Shown: positions 1 to 12,818 of the stretch, piece after piece
How positions within the stretch are numbered: the first letter of the stretch is position 1
How the letters are laid out: the number at the start of each line of letters is the position of its first letter
NCBI GenBank assembly: GCA_014905635.1
Contig: JABVCE010000007.1
Coordinates: 434,001-498,000, forward strand
Direction of reading: 5' to 3'
Length of the DNA: 64,000 nt
Source of the DNA: Scenedesmus sp. PABB004
Taxonomy: Eukaryota
Program-made: the position numbers and the translations under genes
Notes under the pieces: generated by a model
Told to the model about the DNA's origin: nothing
Seen by the model: only the letters and a program-made list of their open reading frames with translations
Databases searched by the model: none

Positions 1-3000
1 AGGCGCCGGCGGGCGCGGGGGAGCAGCAGCAGCAGCAGGCGCCCGCCGCCGGCGCGGCCGAGGTGCGCAGCGCCCGCCGCCGCCGCCGCCGCCGCCGCGC
101 GCTCTGCACGGGGGCGTCCTGCCCACGCTGACGGACGCGTGCGCCGCCGCACGGGCGGGCCGCGCTGGCCCTGCCGCCGCGGCTCGCGCGGCGCGGCGCG
201 GCTTCCAACCGCGCCAACCGCCGCCGCCCGGGGCCGCGCAGGTGGACGCGGGGGAGCTCTATTTCCTGGTCCTGCGCTGGCTGGCGGCGGGGCCCTGCGC
301 CGGCGCGGCGGCGGCGCTCGCGGCCGACGTTGAGGCGCGGGGGCTGCTGCCGCCGGTGCACGACGTGCGCGGCGGCGCGCGGCCGGCGCGGCTCGACGAG
401 CTGTCGCGCCGGCACGCGGGCGTGCCCGCCGACGCGCTGCCGCAGCTGCTCGGCGCGGCGCTGGCCGGCGTGCGCGCGCGCGGTGCGCCCGGCGCGGACG
501 GCCTCGCCACGCTGCTCGCGGGCGGCCCGCTCGCCGCGCTGCCGGCGCTCGCCGGCGCGCCGCGCCGCGGCGCGCGCCCCGACTGGCTGCGCGCGCCCGG
601 CGCGCCGCCGCCGGGCGCGCCCGCGCTGCTCGCGCTGCAGCAGGCGGGGCTCGCGGGCGGCCGCGCCGCGTGCGCGGCGCGGCTCCCGCTCTCGCTCGTC
701 GCCGCGCGGCTCTGCCACCACGCCACGTTCCGGGGGCACGGCTACCCTGTTTTCTCACTCATCTTTGACCACACAGGCGCCCGCGCCATCACCGGCGCAG
801 ACGACGGCCTCGTCAAGGTACGTACGCACCTCGACGCCGCCGCCGGCCGCCGCGCCCCCCGGCCGCGCGGCCAGGCGGCGGGGCCCGAACCCGGCCCTCA
901 CGCGGGGCGTGCGCCGCCGCCCCCGCCGCGCCGCGCCGCGTCGCGCCGCGCCGCGCCGCGCCGCGCCGCGCCGCGCGCAGATCTGGTGCCTGACCACGGG
1001 CCTGCTGCAGGCGACCTGCCCCGGGCACCTGAGCGAGGTGTCAGACCTCGCCCTCTCCGCCGACGGCGCGCTCGTCGCGTCCGGCAGCACCGACGGCGAC
1101 GTGCGCGTGTGGAGCATGCAGGCGCGCCGCGCGGCGGGGCGCCGTGCAGCGCGCGCGTGCGGCCGCGCGCGCGCACAAACTCGCCGCGGCCGCGCGTGAC
1201 GGAGGGGGCGCCCGCCGCCGCCGGCGCGTGCGCCGCCGCCCGCCGCAGCCCGAGAGCCTCGGCCAGAACCTGGCGGTGCTGCGGGGCCACGGCGGCAGCA
1301 TCACGCTGGTGAAGTTTCACCCGCGCGTCCCGGCGGCGCTGCTCTCGGCGTCGCAGGACGGCAGCGTGCGGCTGTGGGACGCGCGCGACGGCCACCACGC
1401 GCCGCTCGTGCTGCGGCCGGGCGAGGGCTTTGGCGCGCACGCCGGCGCGGCGGCGGCCGCGGCGGTGCCGGCGGTGCCGGCGGTGCCGGCGGCTGCAGAC
1501 GCGGCGGCCGGCGGCGCCGGCGGGGGGCAGCCGCACGCTGGCGGCGTGGCGGGGGCGGCCGGTGCGCAGCAGGAGGTGCGAGCTCGCTGCTGCCGCGGGG
1601 GCGCCTCCACCTGCAGCACTCGCGACAGCCGGCAGGTCGCTCACGCGCCGCCGCGCGCGCCTGCGGCCGCGCGCAGGCGGCGCCGGCGATGCTGGGCTGC
1701 AGCTGGAGCCCCGACGGGGCATTCATTGTTGGGAACAGTGAGGACTGCAGCGTCTACGTCTGGCACTGGGACCTCGCAGCAGCGCAGCCGGCGCAGGCGC
1801 CGCAGCGGCGCGGCAGCCTCGGCCTCGGTCGCGCGGCGTCGGGCCAGCCGCCGGGCGAGGCGGGGCCGTCCGCCGCGGCCGAGGCGGGGCCGTCCGCCGC
1901 GGCCGGCGGCCAGCAGCAGCAGCTCGGACAGCAGCAGCGCCGGCGCAGCGGGCAGCTGTCGCCGCGGCTGAGGCGGCACAGCAGCGGCGCCGCGCCGCTG
2001 CCGGCGGGGGCGCTGCAGCTGCAGGAGCCCGAGCAGCAGCCGCCGCAGCCGCCGCGGCCGCCGCAGCAGCCGCCGCCTGCGCAGCCGCCGCCGCTGCACG
2101 CGGAGGAGGAGCAGCACCTGCCCTCGGCCGACTGGCCCGCGCCGCTGGAGGTCCAGCGCCTGGTGGGGCACAAGAACGAGGTGTCCAGCGCTGAGTTCAG
2201 CCGGCGCGGCGACATGCTCGCCACCTCGTCAATTGACGGCAGTGTGCGGGTGCGGCCGCAGCGAAGTCGCGGCGCCGCGCGGCCGCAGCGAAGTCGCGGC
2301 GCCGCGCGGCCGGCTCGCACCGACCCCCCCCCCCCCCGCCCCTGCCCGCCGCGCCGCAGCTCTGGCGCCGCGTGGCGCGCGGCGGGCGGCAGCGCCTCGC
2401 CTGGGAGGAGGCGTGCGCGCCGCTCAGCGTCGCGGCGGCGGCGCCCGCGGCGCCCGGCGACGGCGCCGGCGCCGGCGCTGCGGGCCCCGCCGCCGGCAGC
2501 GCCCCGCGGCAGCGCCAGCGCCAGCGCCGCGAGCAGGAGCGGCCGCTCGCGGTCAACATGCTCGCCTGGGCGGCGGACGACAGCATGGTGCGCCCGCGCC
2601 CCGTGGCGCCGCGCCGCGCCGCGCCCTGCCGCGCCCCGCCTCGCCCGGGCGCCCGCGGCCTCAGCCGCGCTGCCGCACGCGCCGCCGCGCCGCCCCCGCC
2701 GCAGCTCCTCGGCCCCGCCTCGGACAACGCCATCCGCGTGTGGTGCCCGCGCGGCGGCGTGCTGCTGCGGCTGCTCGTGGGGCACGCCGCGCCCGCGCAC
2801 GTGGTCGAGTGCCACCCCGCCGACCCGCGGCTCGCCATGTCTGCTGGCTACGACGGCCTCGTCATTGTGTGGGACGCGGCGCGCGGCGCGGCGCTCAGGC
2901 GGTGCGCGCCGCCGCGGGCGGCGGCGCCCGGCGCAGCGCGCGCCGCGCCGCCGCTGCGCGCGGAGGCGCGCGCCCGACGCCCCGTCGCCACCCCGCCACG

Positions 3001-5409
3001 CCACGCCGCGCCGCCGCCCCACGCCGCCGCCCACGCCGCCCCGCGCCGCCGCGGCCCAGCTTCTCGAGCGCCGACACCATCCCGCTCGCGCGCGGCGCGT
3101 GGGCGGGGCCGACGATACAGCTCTGCGACGGCCACTGGTCGCCGTCCGGCGACGCGCTGGCGGTCGCCGACGTGGCGGGCCAGTTTTCGCTGTACGCGCT
3201 CGGCCCGCCGCCGCCGCTGCTGCGGTCGGCGCCGTACGACCAGTTTTTCAAAAAGGACTACGACAGCCTCATCCACGACGCCGCCGGCTTTGCCGCGTGG
3301 GCGGAGCCCGCCGGCGTGCCCGTCTGGCACCTGCGCGGCCAGCCGGTGCGGCGGCGCGCGGCGGCCCGCGCCGGCCCGCGCCGCTCGCGCCGCGCCCGCG
3401 CGTGCGCGCCCACGCCGTTTCCCTGCCTGACCTGCTGCCCGTCCTCTCTCCCCAGCTGTGCGACTGCCTGTTTCACCCCTACCCGGACGACTTCCAGGCG
3501 GCGCTGCGCGCGGGGCGGGTGCTTGACTATGTGGCCGCAGGTGCGCGGGCGCGGCGGGGTGGCGGCCGTGTTGGCGGCGGGCCGGGCCGTGCAGCCGTGC
3601 GCCGGCTGCTGCCCGGTGGGTGCCGTGCGGCGCGGCGCCGCGACGCGGCGGCGGCGCCGCCGCCACGCCGCAGGCCGCGGCGGCATGGCGCTGCGCGGCA
3701 GCGGCATGGTGCTGCCGCCGTCGCTGGAGACGTGGCCGCCGACCGTGCCCGCCGCCGTGTGGAGGGCGCTCGAGGACCGCGCGGCGCTCGCGGCGCGGCG
3801 CAGCAGCGTGCCGAGCGAGGAGGCCGTGCGCGTGAGCCGCGCCGGGGCGGCCGCGCCGGCGCGCGCCGCGCCCCGGCGCCGGGGTGGCGCGGTGCGGCGC
3901 CGCCTGCGCTGACGCCCGCCGCACCGCGCCACGCCGCTCCGTGCCGTGCCGCGCACACAGGACCTCGCGGAGCGGCAGGCGCTGGCGGCGCACGCGGCGC
4001 TGCTCGCGGCGCTCGCGCGGGGCATGACGCTGGAGGAGGAGGAGGCCCACGTGCGCGCGCTCGGCGCTGCCGGCCCGCACGCCGAAGGGCAGCAGCTCGG
4101 CGGCGCGGCGGGGGCCCTCGGCGCGGGCGGCGCCGGCGGCGGCGCGGCGGCGCAGCCCGGGCTGCTGGAGAGCCGCGGCGCGGCGGCAGCGGCGGCCGCA
4201 GCAGCAGCTGCAGCAGCGGCTGCGGCGGCGGCCGCGTCCGACTCGGACGACGACGCGGTGCCCGGAGCGACAGCGAGCTTGCCGCCGCGCTGGCCGCCGC
4301 GGGCGACGACAGCGACTGGGACGGCGCGAGCAGCGGTGCTGTCGCGAGCAGCGACGAGGACGACGACAGCGGGCTGGACAGCGAGGACAGCGGGGACTCG
4401 CGCCGCCGCGGCCGCGACGGCGGGAGGCCCCGCCAGCTCGGCGAGCGCCGGTCAGTGCGGCAGCGCAGCAGGCGCGCGGCCGCCGCGGCGCGGCGGCGCC
4501 CGGCAACGGCGACGGCGACGGCGGCATGCGCACGCGCAGCAGCCGGGGCGGCGCGGCGGGGCGGAGGAGGAGGGCTCAGAGGACGCTGCAGCGGAGCGGC
4601 CGCGGCGACGTGGCGCCCGGGCCAGGTGTGTGCCGCCGATCCGCTTGCTGGGCCGGAGGGCGGCTTGCCGGCCGCAGCGCTGCGCGCTTGCCGCCAACCC
4701 TTGCCCCCCCCCCCTTCTGTCACCTCCCAACCAGGGCCGGCCGCGCACGGAAGCGCAAGCAGCCGGGCAGCAGCGGCAGCGAGGACGAGGAGGAGGCCGG
4801 GGCCGACGGCAGCAGCGACGAGGCGGAGCAGCGCGGGCAGCAGCGGCGCGGCGCGGCGGCGGGGCCGCTGTCGGAGCGCGACCGGCGCCACGCGCTGCGC
4901 TCGCAGCAGCAGGCTGCGCGCGCCGGCGAGGGCGCGGAGGGCGAGGAGGGCGAGGAGCAGCCCGAGTCGCCGCACGGGCGCGCGCACCGGCGCGGCGGCC
5001 ACGGCGCGGCGGGCGCGGCTGCGGCGCCGCGCGCCAGCGCCGCCAGCGGCGCCGTGCGCCCTGGGCGGCCGCGCTCGGCGTACGCGTGGCTGCTCGCGGC
5101 GGAGCACAGCCCCAACGCCTACGTGCCGCAGCTGGGGGACCTGGTCGTGTACCTCCCCGAGGGTCACCAGAAGTACCTGGACGCCGCGGGCGACAAGCGC
5201 ACGCCGCGGCCGTGGGAGGTGCTGCGCCGTCCCGGGCTCGGCGCGGGCGTGCGCTGGCAGCTGCTGCAGGCGGGCGCGGTGCTGCAGCAGCAGCAGGCGC
5301 TCGCCGCCGGCGGCGGCGCGCTGTGGGGCCAGCAGCAGGCGGACGGCGACGCCGGCACGTGGCAGCCGCAGCAGGGGGCGCAGCAGCAGCAGCAGCAGCA
5401 GCAGCAGCT

Positions 5410-5447
<38 letters not shown>

Positions 5448-8044
5448 TGCAGGAGCAGCAGCTTGGCGCGACAGCTGCGGTAGGCACTGCGGCACCAGCC
5501 GAGGGCGCGGGCGAGCCATCTGCTCCCCAGCAGCCCCTGCCCGTCGCTGATGCCGACACGCCTGACGGAGCACCTGCGGCAGCGGCAGCGGATGAGGCAG
5601 CGGCGGCGGCGGCAGGCGGTCCAACTGCTGCCTCCGCCGCCACCACTGCCGCCACTGCCGACCCGGCGGGCGCCGCCGCGCTGGCGGCGCTGCTGGACCC
5701 GCCCGTGCCGCCGTGCGCGATGCGGCCGGCGGAGCCCTGCCTGGTGGTGTGGGTGGACTATGCGGTGCAGGACGAGCTGACGGTCGCGGTGCTCACGCTG
5801 CAGCTCGCGGCGCCGGCGGCGCAGGGCTGCGCCGGCACCTCGGCCGCGACCGCCGCCGCTGCTGACCAGCAGCCGGTCGAGCAGCTGCTGCAGGCGCCGC
5901 AGCAGGCGCCGGTGCACTTCCAGGTGGTCCTGCCGCCGCCGTCCACGGGGCACGCCGAGTTTGTGGTCCTGCAGCGGCGCTTCGCGGCGTCGCTGGCGCG
6001 CACGTGGCGCGTCGGCGACCGCGTGCAGGTGCGGCGCGGCGCCGGCGAGCACGCGCGCGCGTTCGGGCCGCCGCGCTCGCACCCGGGCCGCCGCCGCGCC
6101 ACGCGTGTCGGTGCGCCCTGTGCTGCCACGCACCGCGCGGCGCAACACGCGGCCCGTCGCCGCCCCCGTCCGTGCGCAGAACTACCAGCTCGCTGCGTTT
6201 GACGGCGACGACCGCGGCGGCGCGCCCGGCGGCGAGTGGTGGCTCGGCGCCGTCACCGCCGACCGCCGGCTCGCGCGGCCGCACGCCGAGGTGGTGGCCG
6301 ACCCGTACGGCTGCGGCGGGCTGTGGGAGCGTTATCAGGTCAAGTGGGAGGAGGACGAGGCGGACGCGGGCGAGGCCGCCGGCGAGGCCGCCGCGCGCGC
6401 CGGCACGGGCTGCGAGTGGCTGTCGCCGTGGGAGCTGCACGCCGCGGGCGCGGCCACCGCCGACGTCCTGGCGGAGGAGGAGCAGCAGCCGGCGGCGCTC
6501 GACGGCGAGCAGGTGCGCCGCCGCTGGCGCGCGGCCGCGCGGCCGCGCGGCCGCGCGCCCCGCGCGCCCCGCGCGCCCCGCGCGCCCCGCGCGCCCCCGC
6601 GCGCCCCGCACGCCCCGCACGCCCGCCGCTCAGCGCCCGCGCGCCGCCCGCGCGCCCGCCGCCGCGGCCAGGTCGCGCGCCTGCTGCACGCGCTGGAGCG
6701 GCTCGCGGCCGCCAAGCGCTTCCGCCTGTTCCGCGCCGCGCCGCCGGCAGCGGCGGTGTACGACACGCCGGACGGCCCAACCGCCTACAACCGCGTCGTC
6801 CCCCTCCCGATCGGCCTGGACACGCTGCAGGCGCGCGTGGAGCGCGGCTACTATCGGTCCGCCGCGGCGCTGCTGCACGACGCGGAGCTGGTCGCGCGCA
6901 ACGCCGCCGCATTCAACGGCGACGGCTCCGCGCCCGCGGCCGCGGCGTGGGAGCTGCACGGCCGCCTCGCGGCGGCCGTGATGGGCGCGCCCGACCCGGA
7001 CGCGGGCCCCGCGCCGGCGCCGGCCGGCCGGACGCGGGCGCGGGCCCGGGCGCGGGCGCGGGCGGCGAGAGCGACCGCGACGGCGCCTGGCGGCCGCAGC
7101 AGGAGGGCGAGCGCCGCGCGCGGCGCGCGCGCCGCGCCGGCGCGGGGCCGGCCGCGCCGGGCGGCCGCAGCCAGCGGCACGCGGCGCAGGCGGCCAAGGC
7201 CTTTATGTCTGCCTATGCTGCCGGGGGCGACGCCAGCAGCGGCAGCGACGACAGCGACAGCGGCGGCGGCGCGCGCCGCGCGCGGCGCGCCGGGCGGCGC
7301 GCCCCGCACCCGCAGCGGCGGCAGCTGCGGCGCCGCACGGGGCAGCGGCCGCGCTACAAGGAGAGCTACGACGCCGACGGCTCGTCCTCGTCGCCCGTGG
7401 AGGCCTCCGACGAGGACGAGGAGGGCGGGGAGGACGAGCCGGGCGGCGCCGCCGCCGGGCGCCGTACCGCGAACGCGCGCGGAGGCCAGCAGCGCGCGGC
7501 GGCGGCGGCGGAGCAGCAGGAGCCCTGGGAGCAGCAGCAGCTGCCCTGGCAGCAGCAGCAGGAGCTGCAGCAGCAGGAGCCCTGGCAGCAGCAGGGGGCC
7601 TGGCAGCAGCAGGGGGCCTGGCAGCAGCACCCGCAGCAGGAGGCCTGGCAGCAGCTCGCCGCCGGCTCGTGGCCGACGGCGCCCGACGACGCAGCACTGC
7701 AGGCGGCGGCCTGGGGCTGGCCGCAGGCGGCGGCGCCGGCGGGCGGGGCGCCCGGCGGCGCGGCGCAGCCAGGCGACGACGCGGCGACCGCCGCGCCTGG
7801 CGCGGCCATCCCCGCCGCGGCGCAGGCAGCGCTGGCAGCGGCTGCGGCGGTCGCGACAGGCGGCGCCGACGCTGCCGGCGGCGCCCACGCTGGCGCCTCG
7901 CCGCCCGGGCCGCAGTTCAAGCGGCTGCGGCTGACCCTGCGCGGCGCCGACGGCGCGGCAGCCGCGGCCGCCGACGGGCTCGGCAACGGGCAGCAGCAGC
8001 TGCCCCACGCGGCTGGTCCATCTGACCACGCGGTCGGGCAGTGA
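1..8044 (+). CDS. WD40-repeat and bromodomain protein (BRWD/PHIP family), multi-exon, 5' end outside the window
   Basis: Spliced exons give ELYFLV (BRWD N-terminus); WD40 repeats GHGYPVFSLIFD..ITGADDGLVK|IW, GHLSEVSDLALSADGALVASGSTDGDVRVW, GHKNEVSSAEFS..LATSSIDGSVR; PYDQFFKKDY; YVPQLGDLVVYLPEGHQKY; and a bromodomain YNRVVPLPIGLDTLQARVERGYY..LVARNAAAFNG. Stop TGA at 8042-8044. Apparent 1-nt frameshifts near 4264 and 7027. Confidence 0.9.
5381..5462 (+). repeat. (CAG)n polyglutamine tract within the BRWD-like gene
   Basis: Long, nearly pure CAG run encoding QQQQQQQQQLQQQQ... Confidence 0.95.
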
Positions 8045-8214
8045 TGCATGCGGGGTCCGGACGCACGCAAGCTGTTGCTGTTGGCACGTAACCGGCCCCC
8101 CACGCCGCGCGCCGCGCGGCTGCGTGTTGCAGCAGCCGCACGACCGCGCCGGTGCCCGCGCCGTGCCGCGCCCCCTCAGCCGCGCCCGCGGCGCCCGCCG
8201 CCGCCGCGCCGCGC

Positions 8215-8784
8215 TCACTGCGCCGCCGGCCTCGCGCCGCCGCCGGCCTCCTCCACCACGAACTCCACGTCGAGGCCCTCGTTGTAGATTCGATGCAGCA
8301 GGTCGATGTTTGGGAACGCCCCGGGCGCCTCGCGCGCCGCGGCGACGTCGTCGCGGTCGTACATGCAGAGCGCGGTGATCGCGCTGCGCCGGCTGAGGCG
8401 GTGCGCGTACTGGGCGTCCTGCCAGATGTCGTAGAAAATGGCCAGGCTCGCCGCGCGCGTGGCCTTCGAAGCCTCGTCCACGACCGTGTGCCCGAGCGTC
8501 GGCACGGCGATGCGGGAGACCGTGAGCGGCAGCGGCGGCATGTCCTTGGCGTCGTAGTACTCCCGCCGCTCCGCACGCGCCACCAGCGCGGCGCCCGCCA
8601 CGCGGCGCGGGCCGGCGCTGCTGCCGCCGCTGCCGCCGCTGCTGCTGCCGCCGCGGGCGCCGCCGCGCCGCAGGCACCACGCGCCGCCGCCCCAGGGCGC
8701 GGGAGCCGGCAGACTTGCAGACGCGAAGGGCGCTGGACGCCCTGCAAGGCGCCCCTGCGCGGCGCAGGGCGCCGCCGCCTGCAT
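8215..8784 (-). CDS. Small single-exon protein with a probable plastid transit peptide; DUF2322-like
   Basis: 189-aa ORF with an Ala/Ser/Arg-rich N-terminus. The C-terminal domain AITALCMYDRDDVAAAREAPGAFPNIDLL resembles the recalled DUF2322 motif (A..NPGKHPNIDRL). Confidence 0.65.
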   Translation of the reverse strand: MQAAAPCAAQGRLAGRPAPFASASLPAPAPWGGGAWCLRRGGARGGSSSGGSGGSSAGPRRVAGAALVARAERREYYDAKDMPPLPLTVSRIAVPTLGHTVVDEASKATRAASLAIFYDIWQDAQYAHRLSRRSAITALCMYDRDDVAAAREAPGAFPNIDLLHRIYNEGLDVEFVVEEAGGGARPAAQ

Positions 8785-9168
8785 GCTGCTGCTGCCGCTG
8801 TGCGGCTGGAGGCGGCGCGCGGGAAGGGGTTGCGGTCGCGCCGTGCTTCAGCGGGTCGAGTGCGGCGGGGCGGGCTCGCGGCGACCACGATCGCCATCGG
8901 CGGCGGCTTGCCGCGCCTTGTGCCGCCGCGCCCGCTGCGCCGCGCCAGCCGCTGGTCCCCCTTCAAAGGCGCGCCGCCGCCGTGTCCTCGCGCCAGATCG
9001 CGCAGCCCGCGCGCCCCATCGCGCCCGCGCCGCCGCCGAGAGGCCGGCACCTGCCGCCGCGCGGCAGCAGCTCCGCGCGCAGGCACTCGCCCCCGCACGG
9101 CGCCCGCGCGGGCCGCCTCTCGCTCCCGACCGCGCCGCGCCCGTCCCGATCCCTCGCCCCCGCGCCCG

Positions 9169-12100
9169 ATGGCCCGCCGCGCGCTGCACGCCCGCCGGCG
9201 GCCGGCGGCGGCCCGCGCGCTCCTGGGCGCGCTGGTGGCGCTCGCGCTCGCGGCCGCGGCCGCGCAGCCGCCGATGGCGCTGACCAACTTCCAGGTAAGC
9301 TGGCGGCGCGCCCCGCGCGGGGCGTTTTTTGGCGCGTGCGGCCGCGCACCGCCTCACCCCTGGCCTCCCCTTGCAGGGCGAGCTGGGCTGCGACCCGAAC
9401 GCCACGCGCATCGTCCGCCCGCGCACCCTGGACGAGGCCGCCGCCGCGGTGGCCGCGCACGACCGCGTCAAGGCGGTCGGAGAAGGTCACTCCTGGAACG
9501 CGCCCTTCTTCTGCCCCTCGCCCGCGCCGCCGGCGGTCGCCGCGTCGGCCGGCCCGGGCCCGGCGGCGCCTGCAGAGGCGGCCCCCGCCGTGGGCATCGC
9601 CATGGCGTCGCTGCGCCCGCGGTCGATCGAGCTCAACGCGGCCGGCGGCAGCGTGTGGGTCGACGCGAGCGTCCAGGTCATTCAGCTGATCGACTGGCTC
9701 GCAGCGAGCGTCAGCCCCGACGCGCCCGCGGGGTGGACGCTGCCCGCGTTCCCCTGGCGAGCGCAGCGCGCAGCGCGCACAGCGCGCACAGCGCGCGCGG
9801 GAGCCTGCTCGGGCGCGAGCGAGCGCCGCCCGCCGCCCACGCCGCGCACGCGCCGCGTGCGGCCGCGCGCCCAGGTTTGTGTTCCAGAGCATCGGCGGCG
9901 CGGTCGCGACCGGCTCGCACGGCAGCAGCCTCGCGCACGGCAGCCTCTCCAACCAGGTGCCCGCGCACGCACCGCGCCGCGGCCGCCACCTGCGCAGGCC
10001 GACGCGCCGCGCCCCCGCGCCCTCCAGCTCTCACACGCCCGCGCGCGCAGGTGCTGGCCTTTGACGTGATCCTCGCCAACGGCACGCGCCGCGTGTTCAC
10101 GCGGGAGAGCAATCCCTTCCTCATGGGGGTGGGCAGGCGCGGCGCGACGCGACGCGGCGCGCGCGCTGCGCTGCGCTGCGCAGCGGCAGCGGCGACGCGC
10201 GCGCGGGGCGCGCAGCCGGCCTCCCTCCCTCCAGGGCCCGCAGGGCCAGCCCAGCGAGCGGCGCGCCCGCGCGCTCTGCAGGCGCTGCGGGTGTCCGTGG
10301 GCAAGCTGGGCGTGATCGCGCGGCTGCACATGCGCGTCGTGCGCGAGGTGCCGGTGCGGCGCGAGCTGCGCGCGCTGAGCCCGGCGCAGCTCCTGGCGCT
10401 GATGGCGGACGCCGCCGCGACGTACAACGCAAGGTGCGCGGCCAGCCCGCGGGGGCGACGGGGGGGGGGGGGCTGCTTTTGCGCCAGGCTGCGTTGACCC
10501 CTCGTTGACCGCCTCTCGTTGACCACCCCCTGCGCGCGCCCAGCGGCGAGCCGCCCGCCTGGATGAACGAGACGGAGATTTTCTGGGTCGTCCAGAAGCA
10601 GCAGTTCCTCGCCGTCTCCTACACGCGCGCCGACAGCCCCGACGCGGCCGCCGCGGCGGCGGCGCTGGCGGGCTTCAGGCCCGACAACAGCACGGTGTTC
10701 ACCCGCCGCGGCGACCTGCTCGCGCTCGGCGAGCTGCTGCTCCCCGCCGACGCGGCCGTCAACGTCAGCGCCGGCCAGGTGCTGCCCCCGGGCGGCGGCG
10801 GCGCAGGCGGCGCCGGCGCCGCGCCGTACGAGGCGGCGGCGGCGTGGCTGCGTGGCTTCGCGGCGCGCGAGCTCGACGCGCCGCTGCCCGCGGCGGCGCG
10901 TGACGACGCGGCCGCGCGCGTGGGCGGCGTGCGCTGGACCCCGCCGCCGCGCCACCCGCCGTCCGGTGCGCGCGCGCTGGCCGGAGGGGGTCTACTTGCG
11001 CGCGCGCGCGCGCGTGCCCCGCTGCGCTGCACACCCCGCCCTGGCCCTGCCCCGCCCCGCCCTTGATGCGGCAGTCTTCTACGCCGCCTCCAACATGGCC
11101 GAGGGCCTGATGGCGATCAGCGCCGCTGGCATCGGACAGGTGCGACCGACCGACCCGCGAGCCCGCGCACGCACGCGCAGGCGCGCGTGGCGCCCCGCAG
11201 CCCGCAGCTCGAGCGACCCGCGCTGCCCGCGCGACCCGCGCGGCAGGTCGCGGGCAACGTCAGCGCCGAGCCCAACGCCGCCTACATCAAGCAGCCCGCG
11301 TCGATCCTCGGCAACATCCGCACCATTCTGTGCGCACGCGGCAGCGGCCGGGCTGACTCACGGCGCCGCGCCGCCGCCGACGCCGTTGCCGCGCCGCCGC
11401 CGCCACCAACGCCGCCGCCCGCCGCCGCCGCCGTCGCCGCCGCCGCGCAGGTACGACCAGTACGAGGTGCGCCGCCAGAAAGCCTCGCCATGGCGGGCAG
11501 CCCGCCTGCAGCCAGCGGGGCTGCGGCCGCGCGCGGGCGGGGCGGGACGGCGCCGCCGCCGCGTGCCGCGCGCCGCGCGCCGCAGGCGGCCGTCCCGCTC
11601 GGCGCCGCGGGCAGCTGCTGGGCGCGGCTGCTGGAGGTCGTGTACGACGGCGACCTGGACGGCACCAACGCGACTCAGCGGTGCGCCGCGCCGCACGCAC
11701 ACACACCTGCGCGCGCCCGCGCCGGCGCCCAGCCCCTGCCCCCTCCACCCCTGCCCTCCCGCGGCGCGCCGCAGCGCGGCCGACAAGGGCTTCCGCACCG
11801 CGCCGCTCGTGCGCTTCGTCGGCGCCGACGACGGCCTGCTGAGCCTCACCGGCGACGGGCCGCGCATGTACATCAACCTGGAGGACTATCTCTTCTATAA
11901 CGCGGTGCGGCTGTGCTCTCACGGCCATGATGATAGTCCCGTGGCGCTCCGGTCTGCGCCGCTCACACCTGCCTTGGTCCCGGTCCCTGACGCGGTCGCC
12001 GCCCCGTCCCGCCGCGCGGCGCCGCGCCGCGCAGGGCCGGCGGCCCAACACGCGCTTTAGGGCAGTCATGGCGGCGCTGCTCGGCGACCCCGCCTGCACG

Positions 12101-12536
12101 TCGCAGTGCGCCCAGCCCGCTGCAGCGCGCGCGCGGGGGCCTTGCGGCGGCGGCGCGCGAGCCCGGCCGCAGCCCGCCCGCCCGCCGCCGCCCGACGCGC
12201 CCTGCCCGCCGCGCGCTGCCCGCCGCGCCGCGCCGCGCGCAGCGGCCCCGTGCGCCTGCACTGGGGCAAGGCGGGCTGGCCCGACCCGGGGTGCTTCCGC
12301 GGCGACGAGGTTTACGGGGACCGCTGGTGCCACTTTGGCTGCGCGCGGCGCGCGCTCGACCCCACGGCAAGTTTGCCGACAGCGCGCCCGACCGCTGGGC
12401 GTGGACCGGCGTCGACCTCGCCGCCTGCTGCACGCCGGACGGCTTCGCCGCCGGCCGCCCCGGCTGCGAGTGCAGGGTCGCGCACGCGCGCGCCGCGGCT
12501 GACTGCCCGCCGGCGCCGTTCTACACCAGCCGCTGA
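9169..12536 (+). CDS. Secreted FAD-linked oxidase, L-gulonolactone/D-arabinono-1,4-lactone oxidase (VAO/ALO) family, multi-exon
   Basis: Signal peptide ALLGALVALALAAAAA; FAD motifs VKAVGEGHSW, FQSIGGAVATGSHGS and ALRVSVGKLGVI; C-terminal RLHWGK and LDP.GKF. Apparent 1-nt frameshift at ~12365. Confidence 0.85.
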
Positions 12537-12818
12537 TCAGCGGCCCTGCTGCGGGCCGGTGCCGGCTGCTGGCGTTCGGTGGCCAGGCTGCTTTGGCGCG
12601 TGCGTCTGGGCGTTGCGTGCTGCGCTGTGGGAAGAGGGCTGAGCCCCCCCAGCGGGCGCCGCGGCGGTGGGGGCGGCCGAGCCTGGGGGCCGAGGCCGAG
12701 GTTACCTGAGTTGCCCCGCGACGCCGCGGCACGCGCGGCCGCCGCGCCACAGCACCGCCCCCTCCCCTTCCCCCGCCCGCCAGCGCGCCGCCGCACCCCC
12801 AGCCACACGCACTCTCGA

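Noticed and set aside
925..975. (CCGCG)n pentamer runs here and in many introns; 9-bp repeat at 6555-6620; (CA/GT)n at ~57215-57275
   Set aside because: Ordinary intronic microsatellites.
2253..2312. 27-bp tandem duplication (gcggccgcagcgaagtcgcggcgccgc)
   Set aside because: Only two units, inside an intron, with no spacers; not CRISPR.
1374..5483. Very long ORFs (e.g. 1369 aa here, 1072 aa at 12579, 992 aa at 47436) and many overlapping antisense ORFs
   Set aside because: These are Arg/Ala/Pro-rich read-throughs caused by stop-codon scarcity at extreme GC. Real coding segments switch frame at splice sites.
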